In this document: piece after piece, positions 8,700-18,706 of the stretch
Position numbering within the stretch: position 1 is the first letter of the stretch
Layout of the letters: each line of letters begins with the position of its first letter
Source of the DNA: an uncultured Anaerolineales bacterium
Lineage (GTDB): Bacteria; Chloroflexota; Anaerolineae; Anaerolineales; E44-bin32
DNA length: 48,777 bases
NCBI GenBank assembly: GCA_965363875.1
Contig: CBDTTY010000001.1
Coordinates: 1 to 48,777, forward strand
Direction of reading: 5' to 3'
The notes under the pieces: model-generated
Seen by the model: the letters and a program-made list of their open reading frames with translations, nothing else
The model's database searches: none
What the model was told of the DNA's origin: nothing
Made by a program: the position numbers and the translations under genes

Positions 8700-11484
8700 G
8701 GTGTTTCTGGCACCAAATCTGTGTAAAAACAAATGCGGATGCCCCCGTAATAATCGCAACTATGAAACCCGAGAAAGGTCCCATTGCACTTAGTAAATTT
8801 GAAGCGCCCGGAAGATCTAGCGCTAAATAGTTATAGCCCAATAAGCCGCCTACTATCGGAAGTAAGACGCATCTAAGACGGATTTCTTCTGGGAAATTTT
8901 GACGAATTACAGTTGCATATCCCGCTCCCCCCACCACTGCTAACCCCAATGCCCCAAACATAAGTCCCACAAATCCAAGTTGATTCTCGCCTGGTATCTC
9001 TCCTGAATCCCCACCAGTTTGCGGTCCAGACGTCGGGGTTGGATCACTCGACTCCGGTGAGGGTTCAACTGTCAATGTCGGTGAAAGTGTTGGCGAAATC
9101 AACGTCGCCTGCGCAGGCACATCTACATCAACATTGAACTGCAGTATCTCAGATACTTGAGCTTTTCCACTTTGTGCAGTAATAGACAATAATCCTGTGC
9201 GTTCCAATGCGACATCGGTGCGCGCGATTCCGTCCACAGTAAATGCGTTAATCGTCGCCGTAGAAACTCCCTCAATTTGCTGTGTAATAATAAAATCTAC
9301 GGGTGTATTATCTGGAACTGGATAGCCGTTGTTGTCGACAATAACCGCTGTCTCGATCTTGAGGACATCTCCCACGCTGTATCCAGTCGGCGGTTCATCC
9401 GTTCCTTCATCGCTACCGCTCTCAATAATTAGTTGAATAATTTGATCAGGATTGGGTGATGTTGCCTCGATCAAGTCATACCCGATGCTTGCGACGCTTA
9501 CCGGAGAAGCCCCAGTAGCGCTCACTTCCTGGAAGAGTAATTTAGCTGCTACGTCAATAAAAGGTGAAGAGCCATCGTACAACGCGTGGTAAACATCAAT
9601 CTTGCTTACATCTGTGGCATCAAGGATATTCGGTGAATCGTGACCGAAAACGATAAGCTTCTTCGAGCTGGCTAGGTCCGGTCGCAAATCCAATAAAAGC
9701 TTAAGCGCATTTGCACCATATTCAGTGGATCTGCTATCTAGTACGCTAAATATTAACCAATCGCTTAAGCGTACAGCTTCGTCTATTTCATCAGTGGAGA
9801 TTAGAGGAACGGCGGGGACATCCACCGGTGTCTCACCGAGGTAATTTGAAAGATCCGCCATGCTATAGGAGCGCAGATTCCAACTCCCTACCTGACCGGC
9901 AGCAGCTGGCCCAAACAATCGGATTACGGCGTCCTCTAATGCGTTTAAAGGAATAACATCAATCTTATTACATGTTGAGCACTGACTAATCTGTCGCACG
10001 TCGCTAAAAAAAACGATCCTTTCGCCGATCTTTGGAGCTCCTTCTACGCGATCTTCAATTTCGTCCAGCGCAGGGCTCAGAAGTGTGGCGGCAGATTGCG
10101 CCACTTCATTCGCCAGGCTCATATCCAGGTTTGTCTCATCAAAAACATTCACATGATTCACGACATCTGGGTAAAAGAAAGATCCGCCATAGATCCTTGT
10201 CTTTAAGCGTAATATTCTCAGGACTGCGTCATCTACTTGCTTGGCAAATAACTCGTCTTCCTCATACTTGTTCGCGAAAAATTCAAGCGTATTTATTATT
10301 GTCGTGTACTCATCAGGATCGCTATTATCCCTAAAATCGGAAATTAGTAAGAGGTCATTCCCCGCGAGAAAGGCATCCCTGGCCACAAGGTGTGCTTGAA
10401 AAATCTGTTCTGATGGATCTTTAAAACGCCGGATCGCGTTTGATCCGAGCGAATCGCTCACCGTCACCCCACCACCCTCCCGCCAGTCACTTAGTGGTGA
10501 AAGTTCCATCAACGCCGTGAAAGCTTGCGAATCAAGGCTGATCGGTCGCGTTGTTGCGCGAATATTTCCGTGAAAACCCTGGTAGCGGATATGCCCTACT
10601 AAAAGCCCGTCAGCCGTTGCGGGGTTTTCCCCAGGCTGTGTGCTTGTGACATCAAGGAAGGGAGCTAGATCAGTTTGCGTGAGTTGATCAATAGTTTTTC
10701 GGACCGTTGCGACTTCCTCATCGATTGGACGGTCGCTGCTTCCTAAGCCCGGGAAGTGTTTCGCGATTACAGCCAACCCATCTTGTGATCCGATGTGAAG
10801 CCCGCGAATAAATTCCTTCCCCATGAGTCCGACCCAGAAGGGATCGCCACCGAATGATTGAACGCCGATATTCCCACCGGTAATCTGTGGTTGTTCAAGT
10901 ACATCCAATGAAGGCCCAATAACCATATTTATACCCAGGGCCTCGAGCTCTCTTCCGAGGATCTCACCCGTTTCCTGTGCCAGAGCTGGATTCCAAGTCG
11001 CTCCAATAGACATCTGAGAAGGGATTTCGGTCATCCCCTCGAGTATCTCGGGGATACCATTTGCGCTGCCTGGCTCCTCGCTAACAATGAAAAGCGGAAT
11101 GTAAACAGAGGTGCTGTCGCTACTAAATCGTAGTTCGTCGTCGCCACTTGATAACGCCGCTTCGTAGCGACTCTCTTGAAGGGTTCCTATCAGCGCTTGC
11201 AGCGCATTAAATGTTTCCGGCTGATCAGCAAAATTATCGTTTCCGCGATTTAGGAGAACTCCAGAGACATGATAGTTAACAATCAGATCGATGATCTGAT
11301 CGCTTGGCGTAACTGCTGAGCCATTTAATGTGACGATAAAAAGTTGGCCCACACGCTCGCTAGGCGTCATGGAATCAAGCAGCCCACTCGCAAGGTCTTT
11401 CTCCGGCGAGATAAATGGAGTTACCCCCAGGTTAAAGGGCACCACCAGGAGAATTATTAACAGTGCCCATCGAAATTTGCTCAT
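8692..11484 (-). CDS. Glycoside hydrolase family 3 (NagZ/beta-hexosaminidase-like) large exported, membrane-anchored protein
   Basis: 930 aa. Signal-like N-terminus WALLIILLVVPF. GH3 N-domain with KHFPGLGSSDRP. P/T/S-rich linker (TLSPTLTVEPSPESSDPTPTSGP), then about three C-terminal TM helices. Confidence 0.8.
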   Translation of the reverse strand: MSKFRWALLIILLVVPFNLGVTPFISPEKDLASGLLDSMTPSERVGQLFIVTLNGSAVTPSDQIIDLIVNYHVSGVLLNRGNDNFADQPETFNALQALIGTLQESRYEAALSSGDDELRFSSDSTSVYIPLFIVSEEPGSANGIPEILEGMTEIPSQMSIGATWNPALAQETGEILGRELEALGINMVIGPSLDVLEQPQITGGNIGVQSFGGDPFWVGLMGKEFIRGLHIGSQDGLAVIAKHFPGLGSSDRPIDEEVATVRKTIDQLTQTDLAPFLDVTSTQPGENPATADGLLVGHIRYQGFHGNIRATTRPISLDSQAFTALMELSPLSDWREGGGVTVSDSLGSNAIRRFKDPSEQIFQAHLVARDAFLAGNDLLLISDFRDNSDPDEYTTIINTLEFFANKYEEDELFAKQVDDAVLRILRLKTRIYGGSFFYPDVVNHVNVFDETNLDMSLANEVAQSAATLLSPALDEIEDRVEGAPKIGERIVFFSDVRQISQCSTCNKIDVIPLNALEDAVIRLFGPAAAGQVGSWNLRSYSMADLSNYLGETPVDVPAVPLISTDEIDEAVRLSDWLIFSVLDSRSTEYGANALKLLLDLRPDLASSKKLIVFGHDSPNILDATDVSKIDVYHALYDGSSPFIDVAAKLLFQEVSATGASPVSVASIGYDLIEATSPNPDQIIQLIIESGSDEGTDEPPTGYSVGDVLKIETAVIVDNNGYPVPDNTPVDFIITQQIEGVSTATINAFTVDGIARTDVALERTGLLSITAQSGKAQVSEILQFNVDVDVPAQATLISPTLSPTLTVEPSPESSDPTPTSGPQTGGDSGEIPGENQLGFVGLMFGALGLAVVGGAGYATVIRQNFPEEIRLRCVLLPIVGGLLGYNYLALDLPGASNLLSAMGPFSGFIVAIITGASAFVFTQIWCQKHLT

Positions 11485-11518
11485 AAGGTCAGTATACCTT
11501 CTCGAATATGTCTTTGTT

Positions 11519-12349
11519 TTAGTCTTGGAATTGGGCAGCCTCGGCCTGCAAGATCTTTCTCAGTTCAACCCTGCGTTTATGGCCCGACATTAACTCAAGT
11601 TTCCTGATGCCCAACGGATCTATATTCTCCCGGAGTAACTTCAAATCTTCTATGGAAGGAGGTTCGGTGATTTTTACTGGCTCCTCAATTTCAATATCAA
11701 AACCTGTTTTCGCTATCACTCTTTCAACAGCTATCCCCGGATGCACTGAAACCAATCGCATCTTTCCGTTTTTATAATCAAATGCGCCCAAATCGGAGAT
11801 TAAATATTTTGGCCCTGCTCCACGACGTCTAATGGGCTGATGGCCAAGACCCGAAAGGAAATCTAGCTCGCGAACAAAGGTCACCCTTGAATGCCGTGGA
11901 ACATACAAGTATATGTTATCCATAAGCACTGTCACATCAGGTATTCCGCCGGAGCCAGGCATCCTCATTCGCGGATGCGCAAAATCCTTTCCAAATGCGA
12001 TGTTATTGAAATTGCCAGCTTGATCGACCTGGCCAGGCCTGAAAAATTCTTTTGGTGTAATGCGTGGTAGAAGATCTGCTGCTGCCTGAACGAAACCTAC
12101 CGAAACCATTGCTTGACCAAGCCACAGCGCTTCCACATTCGCCAATCCAAGCTGTGCTCCCGTTCGACACAACGTCTGTCCAATTGCTGATGCAAAGTAT
12201 ATCTCCGAGGCATAGGCGTGCCATGCGAGCAGGTATCCGGCAGCTACAAGCGGAGTAGCAATCCCCTGTGCCACAACGTCACCGTCTTCGACCTGCCTGG
12301 CGATACAGGTACATATCAGCTCGTCAATAGACCACTGATCAGCAGCCAT
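11519..12349 (-). CDS. CoA-transferase family protein, beta-subunit-like
   Basis: 276 aa. The overall pattern (QGIATPLVAAGY...PGQVDQAGNFN...MPGSGGIPD...) resembles class I CoA-transferase B subunits (glutaconate/3-oxoacid type). No alpha subunit is adjacent. Confidence 0.6.
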   Translation of the reverse strand: MAADQWSIDELICTCIARQVEDGDVVAQGIATPLVAAGYLLAWHAYASEIYFASAIGQTLCRTGAQLGLANVEALWLGQAMVSVGFVQAAADLLPRITPKEFFRPGQVDQAGNFNNIAFGKDFAHPRMRMPGSGGIPDVTVLMDNIYLYVPRHSRVTFVRELDFLSGLGHQPIRRRGAGPKYLISDLGAFDYKNGKMRLVSVHPGIAVERVIAKTGFDIEIEEPVKITEPPSIEDLKLLRENIDPLGIRKLELMSGHKRRVELRKILQAEAAQFQD

Positions 12350-13124
12350 CGTTTGTCATCTCTTGTCTGGTCGTAAGCTCAATAACCCTTTTTGCAATGT
12401 CTGGCTTATCTGTAATCAATCCATCGACCCCCATAGAGAGCAATTTCATCATCTCGGATTCTTCGTTGACGGTCCACGCGTTTACTTTATTTCCAGCAGC
12501 GTGGTGTTTATCTATCATCCCCTGGTTAACTAATGATACCTCCGGGTGCAATGCAAAATAATCCGTAAACGCCTCGACGACGCCGCGTAGGATTTTAGGA
12601 CCGCCTCCGGTCAAGGCTGCACGGCGGATCTCTTCAGAAGCTCTCTGAGCCTTAATCAAAGCTATAGGGTTGAAAGACGATAAAAGAACACAGTCAGATA
12701 GACCCTTCTTCATCACTAAAGCAACTACGGTTTCTGGCAGGCGGTCGAACGGTGATGCGTAATTTTTCAACTCGACATTGATCAAGATCTTATTGCCAAC
12801 AACAGCAAATACTTCTTCCAAGGTCGGGATCTTCTCTTCGGCAAATCTAGCGTCGAACCTCGACCCTGCATCAAGCAGCTTAATTTCCGCGACCGACTTT
12901 GAGGCAACACTGCCGCTTCCGCTTGTCGTGCGCTCTAGAGATTGGTCATGAATAACAATAGGGGTGCCATCCGCAGTCAGCATTGCATCTAATTCAATAG
13001 CGTCCGCGCCCATCTCTACAGCAAGTTCAAATGCAGCGATCGTATTTTCGGGTGCATACATAGATGCCCCGCGGTGTGCGATCACCAGCGGGGCGGAGGA
13101 ATCCCAACTGCACATATCCGGCAT
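12339..13124 (-). CDS. Glycerophosphodiester phosphodiesterase (GDPD family)
   Basis: 261 aa. VIAHRGAS..APENT, ELD and HD motifs characteristic of GlpQ/UgpQ-type GDPD enzymes. It overlaps the downstream CoA-transferase gene by 11 nt. Confidence 0.88.
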   Translation of the reverse strand: MPDMCSWDSSAPLVIAHRGASMYAPENTIAAFELAVEMGADAIELDAMLTADGTPIVIHDQSLERTTSGSGSVASKSVAEIKLLDAGSRFDARFAEEKIPTLEEVFAVVGNKILINVELKNYASPFDRLPETVVALVMKKGLSDCVLLSSFNPIALIKAQRASEEIRRAALTGGGPKILRGVVEAFTDYFALHPEVSLVNQGMIDKHHAAGNKVNAWTVNEESEMMKLLSMGVDGLITDKPDIAKRVIELTTRQEMTNDGC

Positions 13125-13125
13125 A

Positions 13126-14478
13126 TTACAGCTCTACAAAATATGCTTCTGCCGCGCGATTGAGTAAATCTTTTGTCATCTTCGGATCGACGCTAATATA
13201 GCGAGAAATATCCAGTATTTGATCGCAAATATCGCGCGGGTGAGATGCTCTCATCTTTCGGTTGCGCTTTATATACCACTCCTGTAAAAGATATGCGAGA
13301 CCACTTTCTGAATATTCTACACCCTTAGATTCAGCAACCACTTTAAAGATGCCCCGGTATGCTTCATAGGATGGGTCTCCCACCTCGATTTTATGTCGTA
13401 AACGCCGCAAAAAGGCTTCGTCGACCAGGTCTTTTGGCGGAAGATTTGTTGAAAATACGACCAGTACATCGAAAGGAATTTCTACTTTCCTTCCTGTGTG
13501 AAGCGTGAGATAGTCAATCCTGTTTTCGAGAGGCACAATCCACCGATTAAGCAAGTCTCGTGGACGAACCTGCTGCCGGCCAAAGTCGTCGATCAGGAAA
13601 ACACCACCGTTGGCTTTTACTTGAAACGGTCCTTCGTAGAATTTATTCACATCGTCGAAAACAAGGTCTAATCCCTCCATCGTCAATTCGCCACCGGTGA
13701 CAATGAAGGGGCGACGGATCCGCACCCAACGCGGATCTCTCTTTGATGAGGTTTTGAGTGATCCGGTTCCTTCAGAGGAATGTTCTTCCTCTGGAGAAAG
13801 AACATGGTTTACCGAATCGTAGAGTTTCACAACCTGTCCATCGATATCGATGGCGTAGGGAATATACATGTCCTCTTCGAGAAGAATATTCCCGATCGCT
13901 TTGGCAATGGATGTTTTACCGTTTCCGGGTGGTCCGTAAAGGAATATCGAAGTACCCGAGTTAACCGCCGGTCCGATCTGATTGAATGTCACATCCGAGA
14001 GTACGAGATCAGTTAGGGCGGATCTCATCGTATGCTCATCGACCGTGGGTCTACCCCGGCTCTGTTTTAGGATTGAATCGTTATAAACTGCCAGCGGCAC
14101 CGGTGCTGGGCCTGCATATTGGCTGCGCTCTAGCGCTTCCCTCGCGCGCGCAATCCCAGCGCCGGTAATAGCATATTGATAGGATCCTTCGCCAAAGCCC
14201 ACCTGAGTTTTAACTTCAACGAACTTCTCTCGTTTTAGTACCTCCAGAATCTGATCCGTTAACCCCGCAAAGGGGAGCGACATCGCTTCGCTTACTTTGA
14301 AGCCGGTCATGTAGCCTCTGAAATACAATATCTTTAACGCCAAATCCTGAAGCCAAAGCTGAGAAAGGCCGGTGTCCGATACACGACTCACCGGCGGGGG
14401 CACAAAACGAAGATTTGAGGTCGTAGGCCGATCATCAACTGCCGCAGCTCTAACAGGGCTTCTTGGTAAAGACATCAC
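13126..14478 (-). CDS. AAA+ ATPase (classical AAA clade) with N-terminal winged-helix-like domain
   Basis: 450 aa. Walker A GPPGNGKTS, Walker B VFLIDDFG, sensor-1 VFSTNL, then DEAFLRRLRHKIEV (Arg-finger region). The first ~170 aa (LKILYFRGYMTGFKVSEAMSLPF...LKREKFVEVK) look wHTH-like. Its stop is 1 nt from the GDPD start. Confidence 0.75.
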   Translation of the reverse strand: MMSLPRSPVRAAAVDDRPTTSNLRFVPPPVSRVSDTGLSQLWLQDLALKILYFRGYMTGFKVSEAMSLPFAGLTDQILEVLKREKFVEVKTQVGFGEGSYQYAITGAGIARAREALERSQYAGPAPVPLAVYNDSILKQSRGRPTVDEHTMRSALTDLVLSDVTFNQIGPAVNSGTSIFLYGPPGNGKTSIAKAIGNILLEEDMYIPYAIDIDGQVVKLYDSVNHVLSPEEEHSSEGTGSLKTSSKRDPRWVRIRRPFIVTGGELTMEGLDLVFDDVNKFYEGPFQVKANGGVFLIDDFGRQQVRPRDLLNRWIVPLENRIDYLTLHTGRKVEIPFDVLVVFSTNLPPKDLVDEAFLRRLRHKIEVGDPSYEAYRGIFKVVAESKGVEYSESGLAYLLQEWYIKRNRKMRASHPRDICDQILDISRYISVDPKMTKDLLNRAAEAYFVEL

Positions 14479-14606
14479 ATATCTCCAATACTCTTCATAA
14501 ATGCTATGTACTATGTTTCAATAAGAGTAACCCGATTATATATACCCATACCGCCGTGAGCAAATAGTAAGTTGTGCCCACATAGATCGGAGGGTAAAAT
14601 ATCCCT

Positions 14607-15293
14607 ATGAAACTAAGCGTCGTAATACCCGTTTATAACGAAAACGATACCATCGAGGTGCTCCTCGAAAGAGTGATTTCTGTCGGGCTTGCAGATGAAA
14701 TCGTAATTGTCGATGATGGATCGACAGATGGAACGCGAAAGCTCTTGCAGGAACTTGCAACCGCTCATGAGATTATTCAACTCATTCTTCACGAAACTAA
14801 TCAGGGCAAAGGAGCTGCGGTACAAACAGGGTTCCAGGCAGCTACTGGCGATCTGATCCTTATTCAAGATGCTGATCTGGAATATGATCCCCGGGACTAC
14901 GTCACGCTTCTGCAACCCATTCGCGAGGGGGTTGCCGATGTAGTCTATGGGTCCAGATTTCTCGGTGCGCCTAGGCGCGTGACGATGTTCTGGCACATGA
15001 TTGCCAATAAAATGCTCACACTAATGACTAACATCCTCTTTAATAGCATCCTCACAGATATGGAGACCGGCTACAAACTCTTCAAGAGCGAAATAATCAA
15101 AGATATTCCGCTCCGCTCGAAGCGCTTTAATATTGAGCCTGAAATAACTGCGAAATTGCTCAAGCGAAAGGTTCGCATTTTTGAAGTTCCGATTACCTTT
15201 AACCCCCGCGAATATGACGAGGGAAAGAAAATCGGATTAGTAGATGCATTCGAGGCTGTTTGGTCGTTAATTAAATATCGGTTTATTGATTAA
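14607..15293 (+). CDS. Family 2 glycosyltransferase (polyprenol-phosphate sugar synthase-like)
   Basis: 228 aa. [28 protein letters not shown] and YGSRF motifs. GGAGGG Shine-Dalgarno upstream. Confidence 0.88.
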   Translation: MKLSVVIPVYNENDTIEVLLERVISVGLADEIVIVDDGSTDGTRKLLQELATAHEIIQLILHETNQGKGAAVQTGFQAATGDLILIQDADLEYDPRDYVTLLQPIREGVADVVYGSRFLGAPRRVTMFWHMIANKMLTLMTNILFNSILTDMETGYKLFKSEIIKDIPLRSKRFNIEPEITAKLLKRKVRIFEVPITFNPREYDEGKKIGLVDAFEAVWSLIKYRFID

Positions 15294-15418
15294 CTTCTTC
15301 CAAAAAGATTCGTGGATGCCATTCTTCGAGATTCAGGAGCCGAGAGCTCCTCATAATTGCAAACCCGCAAGCTGCCTGATTGGTTAGAATCCTTCCACTT
15401 GATAGGTTCCCCTTTTTT

Positions 15419-17104
15419 TTAAGAAAACTGAATATCTACAATATTCAGCTGAAGCGATTCGTACCCAAGGTAGCTATTCCTCTCCAATCGATAGGCGATA
15501 TCGATAAACTCTGGAAGCTGTTCAATAACATCTCCCATCCGGAATGCGATTGCATCGAAGGATATTGATGATTTCCGTAAGGTCATCTTCAGGTGCGATT
15601 TATCCGCCCCAACCAGACGCTTATCCCGAACTTGCACTTGCTCGGTACAGAATATTGGCCATTTATTTCCTTGACCACATGGTTGTAATAAATCGATAAA
15701 TTGCATTATTCTTTCGCCCAATTCATCAAATTCAGCTTTCGAATCAATCGCTATTGCAGGAATTAATTCCTCATCTCCCATTTCCTGCTCAGCAATGGCA
15801 AGCAAACGTTTCTGAAGCGCCTGAATATTTTCATTGCGGACGCTGAAACCTGCGGCTGCTTCGTGCCCTCCAAAGCGATCGAGAAGATCTGAGCATTTCT
15901 CCAGTGCTGCCGTTATATGAAAGCCAGGGATACTCCTTGCGGAAGCACGCGTATGACTCTCGCCGACTTTACCAACAATAGCTGGCCGATAATATTCATC
16001 GCAGATTCTTGAGGCCGCGAGGCCAACAACCCCTTCGTGAAAATCTGGTTCTGCAACTAATAATAGGGATTCAATATCGCTGCGCATAAAGTTCTCTATC
16101 GCTCGTTCGACTACATCTAGCGTAAGTTGTTTTCGCTTATTGTTTAACTGCTCGAGTTCTTTCGCTATCTCGCTCGCCGTCTGTGGTTCCTTGGCGACAA
16201 GCAACTTGTAGGCAGTGAGCGCTGATTGCACTCTTCCAGCTGCATTCAATCTGGGGCCCAGCCCAAAGCCGATTGAGGATGAATCAATCCCCCCTTCCCT
16301 ATAGCCTGAAACATTAATCAGCGCCTTTAACCCGATCCGTGGGGATGAGTTGATAACATCCAATCCCCTTGTAACAAGGGCCCGATTCTCGCCCGTCAGT
16401 GGAACCATATCGGCCACTGTTCCAATCGCGACAAAATCGAGAAGCGCCGTCTCTTTCGAAGAAGGCAGTCCCTTTTCTCTGAAAATCGCTTGTGCCAATC
16501 TGTAAGCGACTCCTACGCCAGCCAAGCCTTCATATGGATAGTTTGTGTCAGCCCGATGCGGATTAAGTAAAGCGAACGCTTCTGGTAGCGCGCCCCCTTG
16601 AATATGATGATCGGTGATGATTACATCAAGGCCCAGTTTAGTCGCCTTCGCCACTTCCTCGATGGCCCGTACGCCGCAATCGACGGTGATCAAGAGCTTG
16701 GCGTTCGACGCGGCGATACGCTCTACTGCCTGATGGTTGAGGCCGTATCCCTCTGTAAATCTGTCCGGGAAGTATACGTTGACGCATGCCCCAACCTCCC
16801 TGAGCGCCTCGGCCAGCAAGGCAGTTGCAGTGACACCATCTGCATCGTAGTCACCGTAGATTGTGATCTCCTGGCCCTCTTCTAGCGCCCTGTTGATCCT
16901 AGAAACCGCTTCCTTCATCTCCTTAATTAAATAGGGATCGGCTTCAATGAACGCGCCCGGATCCAGGAATTCATTGACTCTAGCTTCTGTTAAATATCCC
17001 CGATTAAAAAGTATCTGCTGTTCGATCCGGTTGAAGGCCCGCAGGGAGTTGCTTACTTCAGCAGGAGGGAAATTAGGGATTGTCCATTTCATTGTGCACG
17101 GCAC
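15419..17104 (-). CDS. recJ: Single-stranded-DNA-specific exonuclease RecJ
   Basis: 561 aa. DHH-family motifs IYGDYDADGVT, VDCG, ITDHH and GGHEAAAGF. The start is uncertain between GTG 17104 and ATG 17092. Confidence 0.92.
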   Translation of the reverse strand: MPCTMKWTIPNFPPAEVSNSLRAFNRIEQQILFNRGYLTEARVNEFLDPGAFIEADPYLIKEMKEAVSRINRALEEGQEITIYGDYDADGVTATALLAEALREVGACVNVYFPDRFTEGYGLNHQAVERIAASNAKLLITVDCGVRAIEEVAKATKLGLDVIITDHHIQGGALPEAFALLNPHRADTNYPYEGLAGVGVAYRLAQAIFREKGLPSSKETALLDFVAIGTVADMVPLTGENRALVTRGLDVINSSPRIGLKALINVSGYREGGIDSSSIGFGLGPRLNAAGRVQSALTAYKLLVAKEPQTASEIAKELEQLNNKRKQLTLDVVERAIENFMRSDIESLLLVAEPDFHEGVVGLAASRICDEYYRPAIVGKVGESHTRASARSIPGFHITAALEKCSDLLDRFGGHEAAAGFSVRNENIQALQKRLLAIAEQEMGDEELIPAIAIDSKAEFDELGERIMQFIDLLQPCGQGNKWPIFCTEQVQVRDKRLVGADKSHLKMTLRKSSISFDAIAFRMGDVIEQLPEFIDIAYRLERNSYLGYESLQLNIVDIQFS

Positions 17105-17237
17105 CCTTTTACTCTTGATGGAATATGTAGGTACGCCTTCATTTCCAAAGTGTACCTTACTATAAGTTTCTTAATAGCATTTACTTACTTGCCAGCGGCT
17201 GTGCATATGGTAAATCTTTCCGAAAAAACCCTGGATG

Positions 17238-17246
17238 TGCTACGAT
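17238..17246 (+). promoter_or_regulatory. Putative extended -10 (TGcTACGAT) 6 nt upstream of the fmt ATG
   Basis: TGCTACGAT at 17238-17246, ATG at 17253. There is no Shine-Dalgarno in between. Confidence 0.35.
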
Positions 17247-17252
17247 GACCCT

Positions 17253-18191
17253 ATGAACGTTGTCTTTATGGGCTCACCCGAATTCGCAATTCCATCTCTC
17301 AATGCTCTGTCCGCAAAGCATGATATTGAGCTCGTTGGAATATTTACTCAACCTGACCGCCCTGCCGGTCGGGGACGGAAAATTAGGTCTTCTCCCGTTA
17401 AGCTGCGCTGCAACGAGCTAGGAGTGAGTATCTATCAACCAGACTCCTTGAAATCACCTGATAATATACCAATTCTCCAATCCCTAAATCCTGAGCTTAT
17501 TGTCGTAGCTGCGTACGGCCTGATCCTGCCGCAAACACTTCTTGATCTACCTAAGTTTGGTTCCATTAATGTCCATGCTTCTCTGTTGCCGCGTTGGCGT
17601 GGAGCAGCCCCAATTCAAGCTGCAATCCACGCTGGAGATTCAGATACTGGCGTGACTATCATGAAAATGGGCCCCGGTCTTGATACGGGTCCGATACTAT
17701 CTCAACGTCGTATCTCAATCCTTTCGTCAGATACGGGAGGGTTATTATCGGAACGCCTTGCAGATCTAGGTGCCGAGCTGCTCCTGGAAACCATCTCGGG
17801 TTACATATCAGGAAAAATCCAACCCTACGAACAAGACGGGAAAAAAGCAACATATGCTCCTTTGCTAAAAAAATCTGACGGTCAATTAGATTTTCTGCGA
17901 CCCGCAATTGATCTTGAGCGTCAGATTCGGGCGTTTGACCCTTGGCCAACGTCATTTTTCGAATGGGGAAATAAGCGAATTCGCATCCACAAGGCTGATG
18001 CGCTCAGCGATGACACCTTTGAGCCTGGCGTTGTGGGAAAGATTGACGGCAAGCCGGCTATCGGCGCGAACCCGGGCACGCTCCTCCTGCAAATCGTTCA
18101 GCCAGCCGGTAGAAATGAGATGCCCGGTGAAGATTTTTTACGAGGCGCAGAAAGCATCTTGAACACCAACCTTTTCCCTAATCAGGTATGA
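17253..18191 (+). CDS. fmt: Methionyl-tRNA formyltransferase
   Basis: MNVVFMGSPEFAIPSL...IFTQPDRPAGRGRK...NVHASLLPRWRGAAPIQ is canonical Fmt. ATG 17253 is preferred to the ORF-track start at 17235. Confidence 0.93.
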   Translation: MNVVFMGSPEFAIPSLNALSAKHDIELVGIFTQPDRPAGRGRKIRSSPVKLRCNELGVSIYQPDSLKSPDNIPILQSLNPELIVVAAYGLILPQTLLDLPKFGSINVHASLLPRWRGAAPIQAAIHAGDSDTGVTIMKMGPGLDTGPILSQRRISILSSDTGGLLSERLADLGAELLLETISGYISGKIQPYEQDGKKATYAPLLKKSDGQLDFLRPAIDLERQIRAFDPWPTSFFEWGNKRIRIHKADALSDDTFEPGVVGKIDGKPAIGANPGTLLLQIVQPAGRNEMPGEDFLRGAESILNTNLFPNQV

Positions 18192-18634
18192 CAATGGAAC
18201 TCCAACTCCTTCGTACTCGCCATCCCCCCGAAATCTTCCTTCATCAACTTATTGAATTACTCCATTCCGAAGGCGTCAACATCAGCTTAGAAGAATTCCA
18301 TTCAAGAATTGATAAACTACCAGGAGATGATCGTCTCCTTTTAGCTGTAGAAGGAGAACACCTCTATGGCTATGCGCATCTCCGAATTGCGCATGATCTT
18401 ATCGATGCAGAGACAGCGGTCGTCGTATCCGTTGTTGTTCGCGCGGATAGGAGACGCCAAGGTGTCGGGAGCCGTCTTATAGCAGCAGCCGAGACTTGGG
18501 CGCGCCAATCAGGCCGCTCACGCCTTCTCCTGCGAACGGATGTTGTTCGCACAAGTGCACACGCATTCTTCGTCGCCTTAGGGTATGACGGAAGTTCAAC
18601 TCAGCTCGAATTCATCCGCCAGCTCTCCGAGTAA
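18188..18634 (+). CDS. GNAT family N-acetyltransferase
   Basis: 148 aa. The acetyl-CoA-binding motif A, RRQGVGSRLI, is followed by ...AHAFFVALGY. ATGA overlap with the fmt stop. Confidence 0.8.
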   Translation: MTMELQLLRTRHPPEIFLHQLIELLHSEGVNISLEEFHSRIDKLPGDDRLLLAVEGEHLYGYAHLRIAHDLIDAETAVVVSVVVRADRRRQGVGSRLIAAAETWARQSGRSRLLLRTDVVRTSAHAFFVALGYDGSSTQLEFIRQLSE

Positions 18635-18706
18635 TTTTCCCTCTCCTAGACAATTCACTCCCTTTCGCGTTGACAAGCACCTGTTCTATGAGAGAATGAC
18701 CGCGGG

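Noticed and set aside
11519-12349. Claim that the CoA-transferase beta-like protein lacks the catalytic glutamate (IpdB-like)
   Set aside because: The region where the S-E-N-G-type motif is expected reads YASEIYFASAIG. Glu in ASEIY could align with the catalytic residue, and I cannot settle this alignment by eye.
15344-15419. Terminator between the GT2 gene and recJ (GGAGC-CGAGA-GCTCC hairpin, and a T9 run at 15411-15419)
   Set aside because: The 5-bp hairpin is not followed by a T-run on either strand, and the T-run is not preceded by a convincing stem.
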